From NCBI GenBank assembly GCA_043808785.1, contig JAZDEL010000001.1, positions 120,001 through 152,000 on the forward strand: DNA of 32,000 nucleotides, in the 5' to 3' direction. The translations under genes and the position numbers were made by a program. Shown in pieces: positions 1 through 6,270 of the stretch (position 1 is its first letter; the number at the start of each line of letters is the position of its first letter). The notes beneath the pieces are model-generated. The model did not search any database, was not told the origin of the DNA, and saw nothing but the letters and a program-made list of their open reading frames with translations. The DNA comes from Candidatus Iainarchaeum sp. Lineage in GTDB: Archaea; Iainarchaeota; Iainarchaeia; Iainarchaeales; JAZDEL01.

Positions 1-1
1 G

Positions 2-235
2 ATAGGCGCCTACCTTGACAGGCGTTTTGTGCGGGACCTTTACGACATTTATTTCCTCACAGGCGGGGGCGGAGATTTCGGCGGCATGGCAAAGGAATGC
101 CGCAGGTTTGCAAACTCGGCAAAAATGCCCGCCGACGAGAAGAACCTGAGGGCACTTGTGTATTCGGGGATTGCGCCCCCCGCAAAACAGATGCTGGAAA
201 CCGTTCTCAGGAGGTTCGGGCATGAAATACATTAA
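2..235 (+). CDS. C-terminal fragment of an AbiEii/COG2253-like nucleotidyltransferase (type IV TA toxin family); 5' end lies outside the window
   Basis: The frame is open from the window edge. It contains RDLYDIYFL, the same motif as PRDLYDAWFLF in the full-length AbiEii-like protein at 3565-4323. The stop is TAA at 233-235. Confidence 0.5.
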   Translation: MGAYLDRRFVRDLYDIYFLTGGGGDFGGMAKECRRFANSAKMPADEKNLRALVYSGIAPPAKQMLETVLRRFGHEIH

Positions 236-824
236 GGGCTTCAGGGAGCATTTCTCGAAGCAGCCGGTTTTTTCGATAAGGGATGTGCGGGTTTTCCTGA
301 AGAGGCAGGGCATAAGCAGGCAGTACGTGCACACCCTGCTTAACCATCTCCTGAAAAGGAAAGAGCTGAACAGGATAACAAGGGGCATATACACGTTCAG
401 GGGCGACCCCGCAGTCCTGAGTTTTGCTTACCGCCCCTCCTACCACTGCCTGCAGGACGCGCTTTCGCTCCGCAACCTGTGGGAGCAGGAAACGAACGCC
501 ATACTTATTACGCCGAGGAAGGTGCGCACGGGCGTCAGGGAATTTTTCGGCGCAAAGGCAATCATCAGGAGGGTAAACAGGCGCATGTTTTTCGGCTATG
601 ATTCCGTGAAGCATTATGATTTGTGGATTCCCGTTTCCGACATCGAGAAAACGCTGATTGATTTCGCCTATTTCAACGAGCCCCTCGACGGGAAAACCCT
701 GCAGGCAATAAAGCGGAAAATCGACAGGAAAAAGATGCGTGCATACCTGAAAAGGGTTCCGCAGCGGACCAGAATGAGGGTTGCCCTCCTGCTGGGAAAC
801 GCAAAGTGCGGCAGAGGGCGCTGA
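222..824 (+). CDS. AbiEi/COG5340-like winged-helix protein (putative antitoxin/transcription regulator)
   Basis: ATG at 222 overlaps the upstream gene by 14 nt. The N-terminal wHTH-like segment ...ISRQYVHTLLNHLLKRKELNRITRGIYTF parallels ...LSRVQAWKLASRLARKKRLIRLKRGIYLF of the protein at 2772-3563. Confidence 0.55.
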   Translation: MKYIKGFREHFSKQPVFSIRDVRVFLKRQGISRQYVHTLLNHLLKRKELNRITRGIYTFRGDPAVLSFAYRPSYHCLQDALSLRNLWEQETNAILITPRKVRTGVREFFGAKAIIRRVNRRMFFGYDSVKHYDLWIPVSDIEKTLIDFAYFNEPLDGKTLQAIKRKIDRKKMRAYLKRVPQRTRMRVALLLGNAKCGRGR

Positions 825-975
825 AAAACTTATGTTCATTATAATGAATATATGTATTGACAACCCGAAAGCCGCAGCAAAAAAGTCACGGGTTGGCAAC
901 CGATAACTTTTTGAAAAATACACGGGTTATTAACCGATGACTTTTCGGAAACATCCGCGGCTACAGGCTGTTCCC

Positions 976-1012
976 CATGCAGGGAAACTATTTGCGAAAG
1001 TTTCCCTCCATG
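976..1012. repeat. Inverted repeat / hairpin (14-bp stem with 13 pairs, 9-nt loop) in a 400-bp intergenic region
   Basis: CATGCAGGGAAACT (976-989) pairs with AGTTTCCCTCCATG (999-1012), with one C-C mismatch. Confidence 0.6.
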
Positions 1013-1084
1013 CGGAACCGTGCTTCGGGTGCGCACGCTTCAACAGTCGCCCCGCCCGCACCAGCAAAGCGCCAAAGCCCTGCG

Positions 1085-1171
1085 CCAAAATGCACAAAAA
1101 GCGCCAAAAACGAGCATCAAATTGACTGCGGTAAACATTTTCATATACTTTTGTTCACTATGGTTTCTATG
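1085..1171. repeat. 87-bp dispersed repeat, copy 1 (just upstream of the AAA+ ATPase gene)
   Basis: Gap-free alignment to 15948-16034 with 11 mismatches in 87. Shared strings are ccaaaatgcacaaaaag, gccaaaaacg, gcatcaaatt and tatacttttgttcactat.gtttctatg. Confidence 0.8.
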
Positions 1172-1223
1172 ATGCTCATTATATTGAGCAATATTGCACG
1201 TTATTGCTCATTACTGTTTTATC

Positions 1224-2492
1224 ATGATTTCAAAGGGCATTTTGAGGACGGTAATTGCGGACCAACTGAAGGAGCTGGATTCATTGGCGGATTCCGTGCC
1301 GAGAACCATTTTTCCCGCAGCTGTTTCTTACAGCGGGGCCTCCGCCCTTGTTGTCAAGGGCGTCAGGAGATGCGGCAAAAGCACTTTGCTGAAGCAACTG
1401 ATAAAGGCGAAATTTGAAAACGATTTTTTTTACTTTAACTTTGACGACGAAAGAATAGGCGAATTCAGGGCTGAAGATTTCCAGCAGCTGATGGAAACAT
1501 TGATTGAGGCGTTCGGGGAAAAAAAGAACATTTTCCTCGACGAAATCCAGAACATCAAAGGCTGGGAATTGTTTGCCAACAGGATTTTGAGGCAGGGCTA
1601 CAGGGTTTTCCTTACGGGCTCCAATGCAAACCTGTTAAGCAAAGAGCTTGGGACGCACCTGACCGGGAGGCACGTGGACCTTGAACTTTACCCCTTTTCC
1701 TTTGCCGAATTCCTGAAAGCCAAAAAAGCGGAAATCCCGAAGAAAGGCATTTATTCCACGGCGCAAAGGGCGCTGCTTTCAAAAGCATTCAAGGAATACC
1801 TCTCAAAAGGCGGAATGCCCGAAGTAGTTGTTTTCTCGAACGAGGCAATCCTGGCGGCGGTGCTTGCGGACATAATGCGGAAAGACATTTGCGAAAGATA
1901 CGGCGTAAGGAAGCCCGGCGAACTCAAAGCAGTGCTGAATTTCCTGATAGCAAATTCCGCAAACCCCATGACCTACCGCTCCATAACAGGCAATTTCGGG
2001 ATTCAAAGCGCCAACACCGTGCAGAAATACATCGAATATGCGGAAGAAACATGCCTTGTTTTTACCGTCCGTAAGTTTGAAAGGAAACTAAAGCGGTTCG
2101 ACAAAAATCCGAAGAAAGTTTATTGTATCGACAACGGCATAATCGTGAAAAACGCCCCGGGCATGGCGGAAAAAAAGGGCGCCCTGCTGGAAAACACGGT
2201 TGCCGTCCACCTGAAGAGGCTCGGAAAAGAATTCTATTACTTCAAGGGGATAAATTCCGAAGCCGATTTCGTCGTTCCTGCGGAAAAGCGGGCAATCCAG
2301 GTGTGCTACGAACTCAACAGCGAAAACAAAGAGCGGGAAACGAGAGGGCTTATTGAGGCAATGCGGGAAACCAAGGCAGCCGCGGGCCTGATACTGACGC
2401 TCGAACAGGAACAGGAGCTGACCATCCAAAACAAAAAAATATCCGTAAAGCCTGTCTGGCAGTGGCTTCTGGAGGAAAAAGCCGCGGGATAA
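1224..2492 (+). CDS. AAA+ ATPase of the AAA_14/DUF4143 type
   Basis: Walker A is VVKGVRRCGKSTLLKQL and Walker B-like is NIFLDEIQNIKGWE. The length and C-terminal region fit the archaeal/bacterial DUF4143 ATPase family. ATG 1224 is preferred over the TTG at 1194 used in the ORF track. Confidence 0.8.
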   Translation: MISKGILRTVIADQLKELDSLADSVPRTIFPAAVSYSGASALVVKGVRRCGKSTLLKQLIKAKFENDFFYFNFDDERIGEFRAEDFQQLMETLIEAFGEKKNIFLDEIQNIKGWELFANRILRQGYRVFLTGSNANLLSKELGTHLTGRHVDLELYPFSFAEFLKAKKAEIPKKGIYSTAQRALLSKAFKEYLSKGGMPEVVVFSNEAILAAVLADIMRKDICERYGVRKPGELKAVLNFLIANSANPMTYRSITGNFGIQSANTVQKYIEYAEETCLVFTVRKFERKLKRFDKNPKKVYCIDNGIIVKNAPGMAEKKGALLENTVAVHLKRLGKEFYYFKGINSEADFVVPAEKRAIQVCYELNSENKERETRGLIEAMRETKAAAGLILTLEQEQELTIQNKKISVKPVWQWLLEEKAAG

Positions 2493-2724
2493 TGCCGCGC
2501 GTTTTCCGCCCCCGCGCCCGAAAGAACATCCCTGCGCCGCATCACTGAAGCCGCCCGCAGCCCCCGAAAAAAACCGCCAAAATCAATCGCACGCCAAAAA
2601 AAAACGCCAAGCCCGCCCCGTGTGCGTGCGTGATTAAGCCCGGAAACAGCAACACTTTCCCGCCGTGGGCAGGGCTGGCGCAGGCTTACACGGAATGTTT
2701 TTGGCCCATCGGCCTGCAGATATG

Positions 2725-2732
2725 CTTAAATA
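2725..2732 (+). promoter_or_regulatory. TATA-box-like element (CTTAAATA) upstream of the AbiEi gene
   Basis: The GCTTAAATA string lies about 43 nt upstream of ATG 2772. The same GCTTAAATA string recurs at 30283 and 30301. Confidence 0.35.
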
Positions 2733-2771
2733 CTTTGTTGCCATTAACTACCTTCAGAGAGTAGTTTCGTT

Positions 2772-3563
2772 ATGCAAAAGATAACGTTCGGCGAGATGGA
2801 ACTGAGGGCGCTTTTCGCGCTTGAGGAAAAGGAAGCGGGAGTGATAACGCTGGCCGAACTTGCGAAAAGGCTGAAATTGTCAAGGGTGCAGGCGTGGAAG
2901 CTCGCGTCAAGGCTCGCCCGAAAAAAGCGCCTGATTCGGCTGAAGCGGGGCATTTACCTGTTTGCGCCCATGAAAGCCGGCCCCAAGGGGCTTTGGACCG
3001 AAAATGCGCTCGCATCCGTGCCCAAGCTGATGGGCAGGAATGGCTATTACGTCGGCTTTTGGGCGGCATTGAATCATTACGGCTTTACCGAGCAAATCCC
3101 CTATGCCGTGCAGATAGTGGCTGTAAGGCGCCATCGTGCCTTTGAAGCACTTCAGTCGCGCTTTGAGTTTGTGCAGGTGCGGCGGCTGGGCGAATGGCGC
3201 GAGGAAAAAATCGGCGGTGAAATTGTGAGGTTTGCCACGGTCGAGCAACTCATAATAGACTGCCTCGCCCTCCCTGAAAACAGCGGGGGCATCAAGGAGG
3301 CCTGCAAGGCAATTTGGGAAGCGAGAGAGCGAATAGGCTGGAAAACGCTCGAATCTCTTGCAGCCAAGTCAAATGATGCCGTAGTGCGCAGGCTCGGCTA
3401 TCTCTCCGAATTGCTCGGCATACGCAAATTTAAGTCCAAGGCGTTCGTTGGCTGGCGCTGGCTCGACCCCACCGCCCCGAAGAAAGCGCTGGCGAGGTCG
3501 GTTAAATGGGGCCTTTTGCTGAACGTGGCGGAAAAAGAGCTGACCGAATGGAGGGAGCACTGA
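2772..3563 (+). CDS. AbiEi/COG5340-like antitoxin/transcriptional regulator
   Basis: It has an N-terminal wHTH (VITLAELAKRLKLSRVQAWKLASRLARKKRLIRLKRGIYLF). Its stop lies 1 nt before the start of the AbiEii-like gene, the classical antitoxin-toxin order. Confidence 0.7.
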   Translation: MQKITFGEMELRALFALEEKEAGVITLAELAKRLKLSRVQAWKLASRLARKKRLIRLKRGIYLFAPMKAGPKGLWTENALASVPKLMGRNGYYVGFWAALNHYGFTEQIPYAVQIVAVRRHRAFEALQSRFEFVQVRRLGEWREEKIGGEIVRFATVEQLIIDCLALPENSGGIKEACKAIWEARERIGWKTLESLAAKSNDAVVRRLGYLSELLGIRKFKSKAFVGWRWLDPTAPKKALARSVKWGLLLNVAEKELTEWREH

Positions 3564-3564
3564 G

Positions 3565-4323
3565 ATGTTTGGCTTGAGCGAACTGAAAAGGCTTGCCGCC
3601 GGGGAAGGCGTGCCGCAGGCAGTCGCAGAAAAAGACGTTGCCTTATCGGCAGCACTCAGGGCAATCGCCGGCTCGAAACTTGCAAGGCACGCGGTTTTCA
3701 AGGGGGGCACGGCAATAAAGAAAGTTTACTTCAGGGAAGCGAGATTTTCCGAAGACCTGGACTTCACAGCAGTAGGCATTGGCAGGGGCGTTTGCCTGCG
3801 GTTGCTGAGGGAAGCATTGGAGGGCAGGGCAGTAGAAGGCATAACTTTCGGAAAGCTTGAAGAGGAAAAGACTGCGGCAGGCTTGAAGGCATCCGTGAAG
3901 TATGCCGGCCCCCTGGCATATCCGCAAAGAATCCGTTTCGACTTCAGCTTCCGCAAAAACATCGCCGAAAAGCCTGTGCGCAGGGAATTGATTGACTCTT
4001 ACGGGCTTGGTTCTGCGGGATTATTGGTTTTGAGCCTTGAAGAGATTTTTGCCGAAAAACTGCACGCGCTGGGCTCCCGCTCCGCGCCCAGGGACCTGTA
4101 CGATGCCTGGTTCCTTTTCGGGAAGGGAATCAAAATGGACAAGCGGATTCTCGGCAGAAAATTCGCGTACTACCCTGAAAAATTCGACGCTTGGGGGGCA
4201 ATTGAAAGCGCAAGGAAGAGCAAAGGGCGCCGGGCAAGAGACTTGCGGCACCTGCTCAAAAAACTGCCAGACTTTGAGCTTGTGGAACAGGAAGTCGAAA
4301 CGAAACTGCTGGAACTTTCCTAG
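3565..4323 (+). CDS. AbiEii/COG2253-like nucleotidyltransferase toxin
   Basis: The motifs FKGGTAIKKVYF..ARFSEDLDF and EIFAEKLHAL..RSAPRDLYDAWFL are typical of the DUF1814/AbiEii fold. The gene is tightly coupled to 2772-3563. Confidence 0.75.
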   Translation: MFGLSELKRLAAGEGVPQAVAEKDVALSAALRAIAGSKLARHAVFKGGTAIKKVYFREARFSEDLDFTAVGIGRGVCLRLLREALEGRAVEGITFGKLEEEKTAAGLKASVKYAGPLAYPQRIRFDFSFRKNIAEKPVRRELIDSYGLGSAGLLVLSLEEIFAEKLHALGSRSAPRDLYDAWFLFGKGIKMDKRILGRKFAYYPEKFDAWGAIESARKSKGRRARDLRHLLKKLPDFELVEQEVETKLLELS

Positions 4324-4330
4324 TGGCCGC

Positions 4331-4640
4331 CCGCATCCATCCCGCCCCAAAAACCGCGGGAAAATCCCCCGATTTGCGGAATCGGCGCCGATTTTCGCTT
4401 TCCATAACTAATATAAACAATAATAGTGTAATTATAGTGCCTTTGCACGCGCGCTGTTCGTGCGCGGCGCGGGGCGTGGGGTTGTGCTTAGTTTATGAAC
4501 CGCAGAATGCCGCTTTTTTCGCGTGCTCCGTGCGAAATCCCGCGTTCGCCGTGCGAAATCCCGCGTTCCGTGCATTCGCGCACCATGTGCGGCGGAATTC
4601 CCGTTTCCGCGCTCTTCCTTGCCCTGATTGCCGTGCTGGC
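4331..4640. repeat. Direct repeat copy A (about 310 bp): duplicate of the terminator-promoter-5' coding region of the giant gene
   Basis: 4331-4447 is identical to 5920-6036 (117 nt). After a ~30-nt divergent patch, 4481-4570 again matches 6071-6160. Similarity fades near 4640. Confidence 0.9.
4380..4400 (+). terminator. Perfect 14-bp palindrome followed by a T-rich tract (possible terminator/operator); second copy at 5969-5989
   Basis: AATCGGCGCCGATT (4380-4393) is followed by TTCGCTTTCC. It sits 57 nt after the AbiEii stop, and the copy sits 57 nt after the HEPN stop. Confidence 0.35.
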
Positions 4641-4673
4641 TTTGTTTCCAGGTGCTTTGAGAAATTTCGATTG
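4494..4673 (+). pseudogene. 59-codon remnant of the giant gene's 5' end (signal-peptide-only ORF)
   Basis: It translates to MNRRMPLFSRAPCEIPRSPCEIPRSVHSRTMCGGIPVSALFLALIAVLALFPGALRNFD*. The first ~26 residues are identical to the N-terminus of the 6084 ORF. It then runs out of the repeat into a stop. Confidence 0.6.
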
Positions 4674-4692
4674 AAGCCCGCCAGAGCGAAAT

Positions 4693-4700
4693 ATTTATAT
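4693..4700 (+). promoter_or_regulatory. TATA-box-like element (ATTTATAT) upstream of the MNT gene
   Basis: It lies in AAATATTTATATTTG, about 38 nt upstream of ATG 4735, inside the unique (non-repeated) part of the cassette. Confidence 0.35.
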
Positions 4701-4734
4701 TTGCGTTTATCCGATAATACTATCGTGAAATCGT

Positions 4735-5364
4735 ATGGTTAAGGCGGAGTTCATAGACGCGATATTCGGGCAGTTTTTGCCCGAATTGAAGAAGAAGTTT
4801 ACCATAAGGAAACTTTCCCTGCTCGCTAAATTATCGTATGATGCCGCCTACAGGCATATTCACCATCTTATAAACGAAGGGGCGCTTAAAGAGGAAAAGG
4901 TCGGCGCCTATTCTTACGTCAGCATTAATTTTGAAAGTAGCCTCGCCCGGAAGATTGTTGAGAGGATAAGCTTGGGCAGAACCCGGCGGTTTATGAAGAA
5001 AGATATTGTTATGAAGAAAATGCTTGACGAGCTTGTGACGGGGCTGGAAAAGGCCGCGCCGAATGAGCTGCTTTCGGTTGCCCTTTACGGCAGCCATGCG
5101 AAAGGGACAGGGACAGAGCGCAGCGATGTGGACATTTTTGTCGTAGTTTCCGATTTTGGCGTGCGGGAAAAAGTTGAAAGGGCATGCAGCGGGGTTGAAA
5201 AAAGGTACGGCAAAGACATCGCCCCGCTGATTACGACTGCCGTTGAATTCAAAAATATGCTTAAATCTGAGAAGCCGATGGTTGCCCATGAAATACTGAT
5301 TGACGGCATTGTTCTTTACGGCTATGAAAAGTATTACTCAATTGCGTTTGAGGCGGTTAAATGA
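4735..5364 (+). CDS. wHTH-fused minimal nucleotidyltransferase (MNT-type antitoxin-like)
   Basis: The NTase signature is LYGSHAKGTGTERSDVDIFVVV (GS...DxD). There is an N-terminal wHTH-like region (RKLSLLAKLSYDAAYRHIHHLINEGALK). An ATGA overlap links it to the downstream HEPN gene. Confidence 0.75.
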   Translation: MVKAEFIDAIFGQFLPELKKKFTIRKLSLLAKLSYDAAYRHIHHLINEGALKEEKVGAYSYVSINFESSLARKIVERISLGRTRRFMKKDIVMKKMLDELVTGLEKAAPNELLSVALYGSHAKGTGTERSDVDIFVVVSDFGVREKVERACSGVEKRYGKDIAPLITTAVEFKNMLKSEKPMVAHEILIDGIVLYGYEKYYSIAFEAVK

Positions 5365-5912
5365 GGGGGCAAAAACTCAGGGAATTTGAAAAAAAAGGGC
5401 TGTGCGGAAAAACCCCGTTCATAAAGAGAATTGCCCCCCATTTTATGGAAAAGGCGAGGCATAACCTTCTTTTCTGCGCCGCTGCATGGGGCGTGAGCAG
5501 CAGGGAAGATGCGAAGAAAATCCTGGGGCTGCCTGGCGACTTTTCCGCTTTTGATTGGGTCGTGATAGCCGCCTACTATGCGATGTATCACGCCGCCCTG
5601 GCAGCGCTTGCGTCTGTCGGCTACAAAAGCGATAACCATGCCGCAACAGCTGCAGCCCTTGAAGTATTTTTTGTCAGGAAGAACCTTCTGGAACGCAAAT
5701 TCCTCGACAAATTGAAAGAGGCAAGGGCGCTTGAGGAGGAATATGCCCAAACGTTCAGGCGCGCAAGAAGGCAGAGGGAAACCGCGCAATACTGGGTAAC
5801 GGAAGAAACGGGAAAAGACGCTGCGGAAAAGCTCCTTGGGGATGCGAGGGGCTTTGTGGACAGAATTGAGAGGCTGATAAGTGAAATAGGGCGCAAAACT
5901 GAAAATGCGTAG
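5361..5912 (+). CDS. HEPN-domain protein (partner of the MNT)
   Basis: The protein is all-helical by composition and the gene is 4-nt coupled to the MNT gene. It has a HEPN-like core ...YYAMYHAALAALASVGY... and R-x4-Y (RETAQY) where RNase-type HEPNs have R-x4-6-H. Confidence 0.65.
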   Translation: MRGQKLREFEKKGLCGKTPFIKRIAPHFMEKARHNLLFCAAAWGVSSREDAKKILGLPGDFSAFDWVVIAAYYAMYHAALAALASVGYKSDNHAATAAALEVFFVRKNLLERKFLDKLKEARALEEEYAQTFRRARRQRETAQYWVTEETGKDAAEKLLGDARGFVDRIERLISEIGRKTENA

Positions 5913-5919
5913 CCCTGCC

Positions 5920-6270
5920 CCGCATCCATCCCGCCCCAAAAACCGCGGGAAAATCCCCCGATTTGCGGAATCGGCGCCGATTTTCGCTTTCCATAACTAA
6001 TATAAACAATAATAGTGTAATTATAGTGCCTTTGCGCGGCGTGTAATCATGCACGGCGCGGGGTGTGGGGTTGTGCTTAGTTTATGAACCGCAGAATGCC
6101 GCTTTTTTCGCGTGCTCCGTGCGAAATCCCGCGTTCGCCGTGCGAAATCCCGCGTTCCGTGAATGCGCGCACCATGTGCGGCAGACTTCCCGTTTCCGCG
6201 CGTGCTCCGCCTCCGGGCGGCAGACTTCCCGTTTCCGCGCTCTTCCTTGCCCTGCTTATCGTTCTTGCCG
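5920..6270. repeat. Direct repeat copy B (about 350 bp): functional terminator-promoter-5' end of the giant gene
   Basis: See copy A. Copy B carries an extra in-frame 39-nt duplication (6178-6201 and 6217-6240). Confidence 0.9.
5998..6026 (+). promoter_or_regulatory. AT-rich promoter region with two TATA-like boxes (TAATATAAAC, TAATTATAG) for the giant gene; duplicate at 4409-4437
   Basis: This is the only AT-rich block between the HEPN stop and ATG 6084. It is 100% conserved between the two repeat copies. Confidence 0.4.

Noticed and set aside
207-923. 238-aa ORF on the minus strand
   Set aside because: It is antisense to the AbiEi-like gene and has no motifs. The plus-strand product has clear wHTH similarity to its paralogue at 2772.
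830-1085. Possible RNase P or SRP RNA in the long spacer
   Set aside because: A superficial resemblance (aaagtcacggg) to the RNase P CR-I motif does not extend to the other conserved regions. No SRP RNA motifs are seen, and the length is too short.
4323-4742. 139-aa ORF spanning repeat copy A
   Set aside because: It lies in a different frame from the conserved giant-gene N-terminus and runs through terminator and promoter sequence. Conservation between the copies is at the nucleotide level, not in this frame.
5334-5939. 201-aa ORF on the minus strand
   Set aside because: It is antisense to the HEPN gene, which is translationally coupled to the MNT gene.
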